DNA of 64,000 nucleotides, from assembly GCA_045628085.1 (NCBI GenBank), contig JAZQOZ010000147.1, forward strand, positions 3,439 to 67,438. Reading direction: 5' to 3'. Under the pieces are notes generated by a model. That model saw only the letters and a program-made list of their open reading frames with translations. It had not been told where the DNA came from and did no database searches. Origin of the DNA: Oscillospiraceae bacterium. GTDB lineage: Bacteria > Bacillota > Clostridia > Oscillospirales > Ruminococcaceae. Positions 1 through 9,218 of this stretch are shown piece by piece. Position 1 is the stretch's first letter, and each line of letters starts with the position of its first letter. A program made the translations under genes and the position numbers.

Positions 1-686
1 TAGCTGATCGCGCGCTTGATCGCATCGATCGAGTTCATGTTCTTCATTTCCGTGCGGACACCGAGTTTGTCACTGCCTTCCGGACGAACAGAAAGGTTTA
101 CGTCGCAGCGCATTGTACCATGCTCCATTGCGCATTCTGCAACCTTTGCATAGCGCAGCAGGCTCTTCAGGCGCTCCAGATATGCTTCGACTTCTTCCGC
201 ACTGGAAAGATCCGGCTGGCTGACGATCTCGATCAGCGGCACGCTGGTACGGTTGAAGTCTACGCAGCTTACATCTGCTGCACCGATATCATGCACGAGT
301 TTGCCGGCATCTTCTTCCATGTGGATCTGCTTGATGCGGACATTTTTCTTGCCCTTGGAAGTTTCGATCTCGACCAGACCGTTGACGGCAACCGGTGCAA
401 ACCACTGTGTCGTCTGATATGCACACGGCAGATCGGGATAATAGTAGCTTTTTTTATCGAAAGTCGTTGTGCGGTTGATGGTGCAGTTGAGCATCATACC
501 GGCTTTCATGCCAAAATCGACAACGCGCTTATTTGTGACAGGCAGCATACCCGGCATACCGCAGCAGGCAGGGCAAACGTGTTCATTCGGACCTGCACCG
601 TATTTTGCATGGCAGGAGCAGAAGATCTTGGACTGTGTCGCAAGCTCGACATGAACTTCAAGACCAATGACTGTTTCGTATCTCAT
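1..686 (-). CDS. gatB: Asp/Glu-tRNA(Asn/Gln) amidotransferase subunit B, N-terminal part (3' end runs off the window)
   Basis: It is missing from the ORF track because the frame stays open to position 1. My reverse-strand translation from ATG at 686 reads MRYETVIGLEVHVELATQSKIFCSCHAKYGAGPNEHVCPACCGMPGMLPV...QIHMEEDAGKLVH, the conserved GatB N-terminus. It lies 15 nt downstream of gatA, in gatC-gatA-gatB order. Confidence 0.9.
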   Translation of the reverse strand, partial: MRYETVIGLEVHVELATQSKIFCSCHAKYGAGPNEHVCPACCGMPGMLPVTNKRVVDFGMKAGMMLNCTINRTTTFDKKSYYYPDLPCAYQTTQWFAPVAVNGLVEIETSKGKKNVRIKQIHMEEDAGKLVHDIGAADVSCVDFNRTSVPLIEIVSQPDLSSAEEVEAYLERLKSLLRYAKVAECAMEHGTMRCDVNLSVRPEGSDKLGVRTEMKNMNSIDAIKRAIS

Positions 687-701
687 TTTCATTCACCATC
701 C

Positions 702-1892
702 TTATTCATAGAGCTTTGCTGCTTCAAACAGTGCATTCTCGGAGAAAGCCTTTCCGATCAGCTGTACGCCGCCTGCGGTCACAGTCGGCAGACCGGTCAG
801 AGATGCAGGCGCAGTATAGAGATTCTCAGAGAATGTGATATACTGATCAGCCTTGACATCTTCCTCGGTATAAGCAGCCTTTGAGCAGGCAGGAATGAGA
901 ATTGCGTCATACTGTTCAAACAGCTTTGCAAAGCATTCTGAAACAAGGCGGCGGATTCGCAGTGCCTTGTCATATTCTCTCATATAGTTATCGGTCGAAA
1001 GCACATCCGAACCGAACAGGATCGCTGTTTTCAGCAGGAAACCGAATGCCTCTGTACGGGTATTCGTATAGAGATCGTCGATGCAGGTGTAATTTTCTGT
1101 GCGGTAGCCGTACTTGACACCGTCATAACGGGATACGTTGTTGCACAGTTCCGCGCTCATCAGAATATTCCATGCGATCCTTGCGGATGCGAGCAGCGGT
1201 TCACTGATCTCCGTAACGGTCACACCGTTTGCCGTCAGCTTTTCCTTTGCGGCACTGAGTTTCGCGGATGTTTCAGCATCAATACCTGCGGTCAGCTCAG
1301 AGATCACAGCAACGCGGCGAACCGTATCTGCGGAAGCATTGCTTTTCAGGCGGCTGCATTCTGCTTCGGAAAGGCTTGTGCCGTCCTTATCATCGTGACC
1401 GGTCAGAACATCCAGAACCTCACGGCAGTCAGCGGAATTCTTTGCGGTCACGCAGACCGTTTCACCGGAACAGGCAACAGGGATCGTACCGTAACGGGAA
1501 ACCGTGCCATAGGTCGGCTTTACGCTGACCAAACCGCTCTGTGCGGCTGCGCGGCGGATCGAGCCGTTGACATCCAGTCCGACGGCTGCCATAGCACTAC
1601 CCTCTTTGACGATCTCAGCGGCAGCATTTACCAGCTTACCGTCTGCTGTCGGTGCGCCGTAATAAGATGTTTCACCGAGCAGGTCGATCGCAAATTCACC
1701 GACATCGGCTTTTCCGCAAATGCCGTATCCGGCGGCAGAAAGTCTTGTAATTGCTTCTGCTTCCAGTAAGCTCATATAACCGTCCAGCATCTTGGAACCG
1801 GCTGCTGTCGGCATATCCTTTGTCAGCATCATATCATCTGCGACGATCTTCTTTGCGCAGGTTGTTTCAGTTTGTGCAGTAAAAAGTTTCAT
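702..1892 (-). CDS. gatA: Glu-tRNA(Gln) amidotransferase subunit A (amidase-signature family)
   Basis: 396-aa ORF with amidase/GatA-like sequence (AAGSKMLDGY, GGSIRRAAAQSGLVSVKPTYG-type signature). RBS GGAAGGAG upstream. It sits between gatC and gatB. Confidence 0.9.
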   Translation of the reverse strand: MKLFTAQTETTCAKKIVADDMMLTKDMPTAAGSKMLDGYMSLLEAEAITRLSAAGYGICGKADVGEFAIDLLGETSYYGAPTADGKLVNAAAEIVKEGSAMAAVGLDVNGSIRRAAAQSGLVSVKPTYGTVSRYGTIPVACSGETVCVTAKNSADCREVLDVLTGHDDKDGTSLSEAECSRLKSNASADTVRRVAVISELTAGIDAETSAKLSAAKEKLTANGVTVTEISEPLLASARIAWNILMSAELCNNVSRYDGVKYGYRTENYTCIDDLYTNTRTEAFGFLLKTAILFGSDVLSTDNYMREYDKALRIRRLVSECFAKLFEQYDAILIPACSKAAYTEEDVKADQYITFSENLYTAPASLTGLPTVTAGGVQLIGKAFSENALFEAAKLYE

Positions 1893-1907
1893 AGTATCTC
1901 CTTCCCG

Positions 1908-2189
1908 TTATTCCACGACACGCGGTACACACCAGTAACCCTGATCGGTCTCAGGCGCACCCTTTTGCAGATCGTCACGGGAGAAGGGCTGTGAAGCCAC
2001 ATCATCACGGACAACAGTCATGATCGGCATAACATGAACCATTCGCTCGATATTATCAGTATTGACCGCATTCAAAACAGAGAGTTCCTGCTCGCGGTTA
2101 TCAAAAAACGCGAGAACATCATTTTTTTGTGTTTCGTTCAGGCTGAGCTGATTGAGCAGCTCCAGCTTTCGCAGCGTTTCTTTATCCAT
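1908..2189 (-). CDS. gatC: Glu-tRNA(Gln) amidotransferase subunit C
   Basis: I trimmed the track ORF to the internal ATG (MDKETLRKLELLNQLSL...), which is preceded by AAAGGAG. The result is 93 aa, typical GatC size, and sits directly upstream of gatA. Confidence 0.85.
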   Translation of the reverse strand: MDKETLRKLELLNQLSLNETQKNDVLAFFDNREQELSVLNAVNTDNIERMVHVMPIMTVVRDDVASQPFSRDDLQKGAPETDQGYWCVPRVVE

Positions 2190-2258
2190 AAATATAGCTC
2201 CTTTACAGTCAGAAAAAGCGCATGATATCCGGCTTCTCCTCACAATTATATAGCATAA

Positions 2259-2287
2259 ATTATATCACATAATCCATTTCATGTCAA
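2259..2287 (-). promoter_or_regulatory. sigma-A type promoter for gatCAB
   Basis: Reverse strand reads TTGACA-17 nt-TATAAT, about 70 nt upstream of the gatC start. Confidence 0.6.
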
Positions 2288-2355
2288 GGGATGGAGCTTA
2301 CCAAAATTGATTCGCATAATGCAGCTGTATTTGTTAAACAAAGCGCACATCCTGC

Positions 2356-2384
2356 TTGACACGATTTCTGAATCATGCTATAAT
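2356..2384 (+). promoter_or_regulatory. sigma-A type promoter for the MATE gene
   Basis: TTGACA (2356-2361), 17-nt spacer, TATAAT (2379-2384). Confidence 0.6.
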
Positions 2385-2416
2385 GAAATCAAATAATTGT
2401 ATTTACAACACTGGAG

Positions 2417-3781
2417 ATGAATCCTATGTCACTGGACCGTTCACTTTATAAAAAGCTGTTCACGGTCGTTGCGCCGATCGCATTTCAATATCTGACCGCA
2501 TCTCTTGTCAGTGCAAGCGATGCTTTTATGCTCGGATTTCTTGATCAGGATGCGCTTTCTGCGTCATCTCTTGCCGGACAGATCGCCTTTGTATTCAGCC
2601 TGTTTTACGGTGCATTTGTTGCCGGTCTGACCGTTCTTGCATCGCAATACTGGGGAAAAAATGACCGTCAGACCGCAGAGGAAGTCCTTGCCTGTACGAT
2701 GCGCTACTGTCTGCTGGCAGGACTCATTTTTACGCTTGCCGCAGCCCTGATACCGGAACGCATCATGCTTTTTTTCACCGCGGATGATGCACTGATCGCG
2801 GCAGGCGCAAGGTATCTGCGGACAGTATCCGCATCCTATCTGCTGACTGCCTTCACGCAGACCTATTACGGCATCATGAAGATCTGTGACAGGGCAAAGC
2901 TCAGCTCGATCATCGGATCCCTGTCTGTTGTCCTGAATATTGTGCTGAATGCAATGCTGATCTTCGGCTTCGGCATCTGCCCGAAAATGGGCATAGAGGG
3001 TGCGGCGCTTGCAACGGTTCTGGCACGGATATTTGAAACAGTCATGGTCATCATTGCGATCATCCGCAAGGACTGTCCGCCGTTCCGTTTCCAACTGATC
3101 CTGCATCTGCCTGACAAAACGCTCCATCGCGATTACTGGAAATACACCATTCCCCTTTTCATCAATCAGATCGGATGGGGCGGCGGCGTGACCATGTATT
3201 CTGTCATTATGGGGCATCTCGGCTCGGATGCGGTCGCTGCCAATTCGATCGCAAGCATTGTCAGAAGCCTGATCGCAAGTCTTTGCTGGGGCATTGCATC
3301 GGGTGTCGGCATCATTCTCGGCGGAATGCTCGGCAGAAAAGAACTGGATGAAGCGAAAAAAGCAGGCGGCAGCTTCGTCCGTTTCTCCATTTTCATCGGT
3401 GTCATGTCGGGACTTGTCATTCTGGCAGTCACGCCGCTTGTGCTGCGTGTCATTCATCTTGCACCGCAGGCACAGCATTATCTGAAATATATGATGCTCA
3501 TGGCAGCGTATTATATTATTGGAAATTCACTCAATTCTACGATCATTTCCGGAATTTTCCCATCCGGCGGCGATACGAAATTCGGAATGTGGTGCGACCT
3601 CATCACGCTGTGGGCGGTTGTTGTTCCGCTTGGCGCGATCGGCGCATTTTGGCTGAAACTGCCTGTTCTGGCGGTCGCATTCATCCTCACGCTCGATGAA
3701 TTCGTAAAAATACCGGCAGTCTATAAGCACTATATGAAGTATCAATGGGTGAAAAACATCACAAAAGAGGATTCTGTCTGA
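2417..3781 (+). CDS. MATE family efflux transporter
   Basis: 454-aa polytopic membrane ORF with a MATE-like N-terminus (LFTVVAPIAFQYL...SQYWGKND). An alternative start at ATG 2426 has better spacing to GGAG. Confidence 0.85.
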   Translation: MNPMSLDRSLYKKLFTVVAPIAFQYLTASLVSASDAFMLGFLDQDALSASSLAGQIAFVFSLFYGAFVAGLTVLASQYWGKNDRQTAEEVLACTMRYCLLAGLIFTLAAALIPERIMLFFTADDALIAAGARYLRTVSASYLLTAFTQTYYGIMKICDRAKLSSIIGSLSVVLNIVLNAMLIFGFGICPKMGIEGAALATVLARIFETVMVIIAIIRKDCPPFRFQLILHLPDKTLHRDYWKYTIPLFINQIGWGGGVTMYSVIMGHLGSDAVAANSIASIVRSLIASLCWGIASGVGIILGGMLGRKELDEAKKAGGSFVRFSIFIGVMSGLVILAVTPLVLRVIHLAPQAQHYLKYMMLMAAYYIIGNSLNSTIISGIFPSGGDTKFGMWCDLITLWAVVVPLGAIGAFWLKLPVLAVAFILTLDEFVKIPAVYKHYMKYQWVKNITKEDSV

Positions 3782-3897
3782 TCGGCACATACGCTGTATA
3801 TGCACGATCGACTGTCCAACAATTATATAGATTGCCGCAGCGCAAATCGTATATTATCACTAATTTTCTGCATTTCGAGGTTTCAGCTTGACAAAAA

Positions 3898-3926
3898 CTA
3901 TGCTCCATAGTATAATAAATAGAGTA
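3898..3926 (+). promoter_or_regulatory. sigma-A type promoter
   Basis: TTGACA-17 nt-TATAAT, 55 nt upstream of the ATP-grasp gene start. Confidence 0.6.
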
Positions 3927-3980
3927 TAGACTCATGTTATACTATAAAATCTTGATGATGAGTCAGGAAAGGAAATAAAC

Positions 3981-5195
3981 ATGAAAAAATTGCTTTTGCT
4001 TGGCGGTTCCCGTTACTTGATCCCTGTCATTGAAGCAGCACACAAGCTCGGCTGCTATGTTATCACCTGCGATTACCTGCCGGACAATACTGCACACAAG
4101 TTTGCAGATGAATACGTAAATGTCAGCATCATTGATAAGGATGCAACACTTGCGGCAGCGCAGAAACTCGAAATCGACGGCATTATGTCCTTTGCCTGTG
4201 ATCCGGGCGTTGTGACCGCTGCATACGTTGCCGAAAAAATGGGACTTCCCTTCCAGGGCTCCTATGAAGCAACCAGCATTTTACAGGACAAGGGTCTGTT
4301 CAGACAGTTCCTGACTGATAACGGCTTCAATGTTCCGCACGCAAAAAGATATACCGATAAGAAAGCACCGTATCAGGATGTTGATTTCTTCAACTGGCCT
4401 GTTATCGTAAAGCCGGTCGATTCGGCAGGCAGCAAGGGTGTCACAAAGGTTGAAACGCCGGATGACCTCGCAGAAGCAATCGAGACCGCAGTCGGCGGTT
4501 CGCATAATGCTGCATTTATCATCGAAGATTTCCTGACCTTCAAGGGCTATCATTCCAGCGCCGATCCGTTTACTGTTGACGGTAAATTGCAGTTTGTCAC
4601 TTATTCCGACCAGTTGTTTGACAAGGAAGCTGAAAATCCCTATACGCCGGCAAAGATCATCTGGCCGTCTACCATGAGCCAGAGCGATCAGGATTACCTG
4701 ACCGCCGAAACACAGCGCCTGATGGATCTGCTGAATATGGGTACCGGTATCTATAATATCGAAACCTGCGTCGGCAGCGACGGCAAACCGTATCTCATGG
4801 AAGTATCTCCGAGAGGCGGCGGCTGCAAGATCGCAGAGCTTCAGCGCATGGCATTCGGTGTTGATCTGATCGAAAATGAGGTTCGCAAAGCGATCGGTAT
4901 GCCTGTTGAAAATGTCCGTCAGACCGAATGTGACGGCTACTGGTGTGAAATGATCATTCATGCAAGACCGGGACAGAGCGGTACCTTTAAGGCTTTGAAA
5001 ATTGATCCGGAGATCGAGAAGAATCATGTCCAGTTAATTGATATGACCACAAAGCCGGGCGATTTTGTCCATCCGTTTACCGGCGCAAATATGTCGCTCG
5101 GCGATATGTTCCTGCGCTTCGATTCACGCGAGCAGCTCGATGAGACAATGGATCGCGTGAATGAATGGCTCACGATCGAATTAGAGGGTGAATGA
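3981..5195 (+). CDS. ATP-grasp domain ligase (carboxylate-amine ligase type)
   Basis: 404 aa. It has a pre-ATP-grasp N-terminus MKKLLLLGGSRYLIPVIEAA and the core WPVIVKPVDSAGSKGV. RBS AAAGGA. It shares architecture with the second ATP-grasp at 12710-13942. Confidence 0.8.
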   Translation: MKKLLLLGGSRYLIPVIEAAHKLGCYVITCDYLPDNTAHKFADEYVNVSIIDKDATLAAAQKLEIDGIMSFACDPGVVTAAYVAEKMGLPFQGSYEATSILQDKGLFRQFLTDNGFNVPHAKRYTDKKAPYQDVDFFNWPVIVKPVDSAGSKGVTKVETPDDLAEAIETAVGGSHNAAFIIEDFLTFKGYHSSADPFTVDGKLQFVTYSDQLFDKEAENPYTPAKIIWPSTMSQSDQDYLTAETQRLMDLLNMGTGIYNIETCVGSDGKPYLMEVSPRGGGCKIAELQRMAFGVDLIENEVRKAIGMPVENVRQTECDGYWCEMIIHARPGQSGTFKALKIDPEIEKNHVQLIDMTTKPGDFVHPFTGANMSLGDMFLRFDSREQLDETMDRVNEWLTIELEGE

Positions 5196-5196
5196 A

Positions 5197-5649
5197 ATGG
5201 CTTCATCATGCTCCATCTGTGAAGTAAAAAGTGCAGATCAGATTTTTGAAATACTATCTGACTTTCAGGACGCTTTGCCAATTCTTGGCTCAAGTACTGC
5301 ATTCCGAAAAGAAATGGCTGAAAAGCTTTCAAAATACGCTTTCGTTTTCCTATTGCAGATTGACCATGAAAATGCCGGTTTTGCTTCGATATATGCCAAC
5401 GACACAACTTCAAAAACCGGTTATATTTCATTTATTGCAATCGCTTCTAAATACAGAAAAATGCATTTGGGAACGCAGTTAATGAACACCTTGTTTTCGG
5501 CAGCAAAACAGAATCAAATGCAGTATGTGAAGCTCGAGGTCGCAAAAACCAATACGGTCGCACAGAGCTTTTATTCAAAATACGGTTTTCAATATCAATC
5601 TGAAGCAAGTGCTGACTCAATATATATGATAAAACAGATCGACGATTAA
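5197..5649 (+). CDS. GNAT family N-acetyltransferase
   Basis: Acetyl-CoA-binding-type motif IAIASKYRKMHLGTQLM...YSKYGF. The start is set at ATG 5197, with GAGGG 8 nt upstream. The track ORF begins at GTG 5188, overlapping the ATP-grasp stop. Confidence 0.75.
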   Translation: MASSCSICEVKSADQIFEILSDFQDALPILGSSTAFRKEMAEKLSKYAFVFLLQIDHENAGFASIYANDTTSKTGYISFIAIASKYRKMHLGTQLMNTLFSAAKQNQMQYVKLEVAKTNTVAQSFYSKYGFQYQSEASADSIYMIKQIDD

Positions 5650-5656
5650 AAGGACA

Positions 5657-5695
5657 CAGCCATGCGAACACAATTCGCATGGCTGTATCTTTTAT
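5657..5695 (+). terminator. rho-independent terminator after the ATP-grasp/GNAT pair
   Basis: 13-bp stem ACAGCCATGCGAA / TTCGCATGGCTGT with a 5-nt loop, followed by ATCTTTTA. Confidence 0.7.
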
Positions 5696-5699
5696 CCGC

Positions 5700-5739
5700 A
5701 TAAAAACAGAAAAGGCTGTCAGGATATATGACAGCCTTT
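5700..5739 (-). terminator. rho-independent terminator ending the long minus-strand operon
   Basis: 11-bp stem AAAGGCTGTCA / TGACAGCCTTT, followed on the minus strand by TCTGTTTTTAT. Confidence 0.65.
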
Positions 5740-5761
5740 ATGATCGTATATGTGTGACGGT

Positions 5762-6622
5762 TCAGCCAAGTTCAACAGTCGCAATACGCGGTTCAAAACA
5801 GCAGCAAGGTCTGACGCAGACAATGCGCACGCCGCTTGCTCTCTGCGGACCGACTTTCATAAATGTTGCGATAACGCTTGTTTTGCCGCCTAGTCCAAGC
5901 GGACCGATATTGGCTTCATTCACCCGTCTGGTGATCTCCTGCTCCATTTCAGACTGCACATCATAACAGCCGTCAGTCTGCGCCTGAAGCATCATGGATG
6001 CCGCCTCAAAATGCGAGCGTCCGACACCGACCGCGAGCGTACACGGTGAACAGCCAAGCTGTGAAACAGCCTCTTTGGACCAGTTCACGATTTCATCCAG
6101 TACCACCTGCGTATCATGTTTATGAAATACACGGTAAGTCTTTGCACGGATCGCAGGGCCGCCGCCAAACATCAGAATATGCAGACGGATAACATTCTCT
6201 TTGCATCTGCGCAGCAGGATCGGTGCAGGCTCAACACCTGCCGAATCCGGATTCAGTCCGCCGGACTGATCGATCCGCTGGCTGTCATTGCCCATAATCC
6301 CCATCGGACGTCCGGGCAGCTTGCGCAATCCCTCAACAATGCCCTCTTTGACTGCATCAAGCATTTTACCGGTCACAGGTGTATCTTCACCGATTTCCAG
6401 CACCAGATGCGGTATACCGGAATCATCGCAAAGCGGACTGCGGTTCTGTTCCGCTGCCTCTGCATTTTCCAGAACGGTTTCCAGAACCCATTTTGCTTTT
6501 TCGTTCGTTTCGGCAGCAGCCGCACGCTGATATGCATTCTTTTTATCCTGACGGAATGTTGAGCCGGCTTCCACGAGTGTATCTCTGACAAGCGAAACGA
6601 TCTCCTCATAGCTCTTACTCAT
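5762..6622 (-). CDS. Fe-S type hydro-lyase, alpha (catalytic N-terminal) subunit, of the tartrate/fumarate/mesaconate hydratase class I family
   Basis: MSKSYEEIVSLVRD...PLCDDSGIPHLVLEIGED is typical of TtdA / FumA N-terminal domains. Start trimmed to ATG 6622, which overlaps the stop of the beta gene by 8 nt (ATGAGTAA). Confidence 0.8.
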   Translation of the reverse strand: MSKSYEEIVSLVRDTLVEAGSTFRQDKKNAYQRAAAAETNEKAKWVLETVLENAEAAEQNRSPLCDDSGIPHLVLEIGEDTPVTGKMLDAVKEGIVEGLRKLPGRPMGIMGNDSQRIDQSGGLNPDSAGVEPAPILLRRCKENVIRLHILMFGGGPAIRAKTYRVFHKHDTQVVLDEIVNWSKEAVSQLGCSPCTLAVGVGRSHFEAASMMLQAQTDGCYDVQSEMEQEITRRVNEANIGPLGLGGKTSVIATFMKVGPQRASGVRIVCVRPCCCFEPRIATVELG

Positions 6623-7124
6623 AAATACTCCTCCCGTGTGCCGCGCCGATGATCGCAGGATATTCATTTACCTTTATGAGATGCAGTGCCTCCATGCCAA
6701 GCTCCGGAAACGCAATAACACGCTGCTCAGTCGTCTTTGCACCGAGCAAAGCCGTCACAGGCGGAATAACTGCATAGACTGCGTTATACTGATCGAGTGC
6801 TGCAACAGTTTCCGGATGCAGCGCACCCTTTCCGAGATGCAACTTGATACCGGCAGCCGAAAGCGGCGCGATGCTGCTCTCGATCTCCAGTTTATTACTG
6901 GAAGTCGGGCCGACACCGGCAGGACTGACCGCCGTGTGAAAGATCACCTGACCGTGCAGATCAACGCCGAGTTCCCCGACTGTGCCGTCCTCGATCATTT
7001 TCAGCACTTTCGGCAGAACGGCATCCCGTCCGCAAAGAATATATCCTGAAATCGTCACCGTATCACCGACTTGCAGACGATCAATGTCTGCATCCGTGAT
7101 CGGAGTAGTTAATGCAACTGCCAT
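6615..7124 (-). CDS. Fe-S type hydro-lyase, beta subunit (fumarase C-terminal domain family)
   Basis: 169 aa with GDTVTISGYILCGRDAVLPKV...LHLGKGAL, typical of TtdB / FumA C-terminal domains. The gene order here is beta then alpha. Confidence 0.8.
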   Translation of the reverse strand: MAVALTTPITDADIDRLQVGDTVTISGYILCGRDAVLPKVLKMIEDGTVGELGVDLHGQVIFHTAVSPAGVGPTSSNKLEIESSIAPLSAAGIKLHLGKGALHPETVAALDQYNAVYAVIPPVTALLGAKTTEQRVIAFPELGMEALHLIKVNEYPAIIGAAHGRSIYE

Positions 7125-7136
7125 ATAGCGCCTCGC

Positions 7137-8282
7137 TTACCAGTTGACCGCAAACAGTTTGACATAAGCGCCTTCATTTTCGATGACACCAAATGCCTTT
7201 GCGCGGTTGAGAATTTTCTTTGCCCAGTTTGTATGCGGTTTGATCTCATTCATCTTGTTGCCGCCTGAGCCTTTCACGACACCGCCCGATGTACCGAGGA
7301 TCTGGCAGGCATCGTTATACTCTTCCTTTGTGACCGCCATCATCGCATTCACAAACTTAACGTGTGTCGGATGGATAACGGTTCTGCCGATAAAGCCGTT
7401 CGCCTTATCCAGAATGACCTCACGCAGCAGACCGTCGATCTCATTGTTTACAAGCGGAATTCTGCGCATCAGATAGTCTTCCAGACCATGTTTCGGCAGT
7501 TCCTCAAACATCAATTCCTTCGGCGCACGGAAGTATTCCCAGACTGGTCCGGAGATCACATAATCATTATTTCTGCCGCAGACATTGACAATGTCACTGA
7601 GGCACTCGCGGACGGTCATAATATCATAAAGTGAATAATCAACACCACGGCGCACACCGAATACAGACGAGAAATCCGTACCGCCGACACGCACCTGCAA
7701 AACCAGATCATGATACTTGTCGAGGATCTTCTTGATGCCGACAAGCTCTGCCATTCTGGTTTCCTTGTAAGCGACCTCCGGATCTTCAATGATCGGCATA
7801 CCGTACAGGACTTCATCGAACCGTTCGTTCAGGTCCTCCAGAAATGCGAAATACTCATAGCCGTTTTCAGCATTGAATTTCGGGAAATTGACACCGCAGA
7901 GTGAACGAACCTGTTTCTTTGTCAGTCCTGCTGCAAAATGCTTGAACTGCGCAAGATTACGGATTCGCACAAAGATCAGCGGCACATATTCCGGTGCAAG
8001 TTCACCGCTGTCCACAGCATCCGTGACTGTATCGAGCAGATTATATACATTTTCCTCAGCTTCCGGTACGCGCTCCTCCGGACAAGCATCCTCAAAGCAC
8101 AAAACGATCGTTGTCAGACCGGGCATAACATGAGAAAGGATCTTCGGAGCAAAGTCCTTTGTTCCCGGCATATACATTGTTGCACCGAGACAGTATTGCA
8201 GCAGTTCACGATCGGTATACTTATTGAAAGTCTGCGGTTCTACAACGAATTTAAAATCAGGATTATACAGATGATGTCTCAT
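7137..8282 (-). CDS. CitE / HpcH-HpaI-like C-C lyase (citrate-lyase beta / acyl-CoA lyase fold), long 381-aa form
   Basis: Motifs are in CitE-like order: VLCFEDAC (DLEDA-like), IFVRIRN, MPIIEDPE, VGGTDFSSVFG, RTVIHPTHV (IHPxQ-like). RBS GAAGGAA. Confidence 0.6.
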   Translation of the reverse strand: MRHHLYNPDFKFVVEPQTFNKYTDRELLQYCLGATMYMPGTKDFAPKILSHVMPGLTTIVLCFEDACPEERVPEAEENVYNLLDTVTDAVDSGELAPEYVPLIFVRIRNLAQFKHFAAGLTKKQVRSLCGVNFPKFNAENGYEYFAFLEDLNERFDEVLYGMPIIEDPEVAYKETRMAELVGIKKILDKYHDLVLQVRVGGTDFSSVFGVRRGVDYSLYDIMTVRECLSDIVNVCGRNNDYVISGPVWEYFRAPKELMFEELPKHGLEDYLMRRIPLVNNEIDGLLREVILDKANGFIGRTVIHPTHVKFVNAMMAVTKEEYNDACQILGTSGGVVKGSGGNKMNEIKPHTNWAKKILNRAKAFGVIENEGAYVKLFAVNW

Positions 8283-8300
8283 GGAGATTCCTTCTTTCTA

Positions 8301-9203
8301 TCAGATGAGGCTGCCCTTCGGCGACCATACAGCCTCCGGATAGTATTCATCAATCATACGCTTTACAAGACTGCACTGCTTTGCACGCTTTCTTGCATCA
8401 TCCTCCGTGCTGTCCCAGCTATGCGTTGCAGCAACAGAACCGCCGGTCTTGAGGTAAAGCGGTGCAGCAACACGGATCATCTCCGGCACTTCATAGTGAC
8501 GGATAAAGCCGCCGGTAGACTTCGGGTTTTCCGTATGAATGTCGATCGGGCAGTCTACAGCCTGTCGCATTGCAGCGAGCATCTGGAGCTGAATATCACG
8601 AACAGGATTGATCGAATCCGCGCCGTTCAGTTCGAGCAGCTTTGCAGAACAGGGGTTGCCGTGACCTGCGTGTGCAGAGATCTTGAAATGGCAGTCAGCC
8701 GGGATCTCGCCTGCCTTGCGCATTTCGTTCAGCGCCCAGAGGCATCCCTCATCATAGACAAGGAAACCGCGGCAGCCGAGTCTTGCGGCACGCTTCACAT
8801 CCTCGATCGCACGGACGATCTGTTCCTGACCGCGCAGACGATAGCCCATGCGCACGCCTTCCTCGGTATGAACAGAAGCAGAAGTATCCGTTGTTGCACG
8901 CGGACCGACTGCAAGGATCAGGTCAGTCTGCCACTGATGTGCCAGCTCGACCATTTTGCTGATCTCCTCATCGGTCAGGCGCATAATGCCCTGTGTCTGT
9001 GTAACACGGTGCAGATAAAGACCATAGCCGTCCATTGCCTCAAGCAATGCCTTCATAACCTTCGGTCCCTGAATGCCCGGCACCTCAAAACGGTACTGAC
9101 CGCCGTCCTTGAAGCGTTTTTCTGAGGTCGGCATATCATAGGCATCTCCGCCCGGCAGACCGATCGACTTCAGAAATTCTCTCGTTTGTTCCATGCTGTT
9201 CAT
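8301..9203 (-). CDS. hypothetical protein, 300 aa, family not recognised (alternating beta/alpha pattern, possibly a TIM-barrel enzyme)
   Basis: Strong RBS AAGGAGG. It is packed tightly between the ThDP decarboxylase and the CitE-like gene (gaps of 15 and 18 nt). No signal peptide or TM segment. No motif I can assign. Confidence 0.7.
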   Translation of the reverse strand: MNSMEQTREFLKSIGLPGGDAYDMPTSEKRFKDGGQYRFEVPGIQGPKVMKALLEAMDGYGLYLHRVTQTQGIMRLTDEEISKMVELAHQWQTDLILAVGPRATTDTSASVHTEEGVRMGYRLRGQEQIVRAIEDVKRAARLGCRGFLVYDEGCLWALNEMRKAGEIPADCHFKISAHAGHGNPCSAKLLELNGADSINPVRDIQLQMLAAMRQAVDCPIDIHTENPKSTGGFIRHYEVPEMIRVAAPLYLKTGGSVAATHSWDSTEDDARKRAKQCSLVKRMIDEYYPEAVWSPKGSLI

Positions 9204-9218
9204 AGCTGTGATTCCTCC

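Noticed and set aside
8301-9203. Possibility that the 300-aa protein is the missing PEP mutase.
   Set aside because: I could not find the ICL/PEP-mutase signature (an EDK..KxNS-type loop, or the N-terminal G.W.SG / D.D.G.G pattern). It is kept only as an unassigned enzyme candidate.
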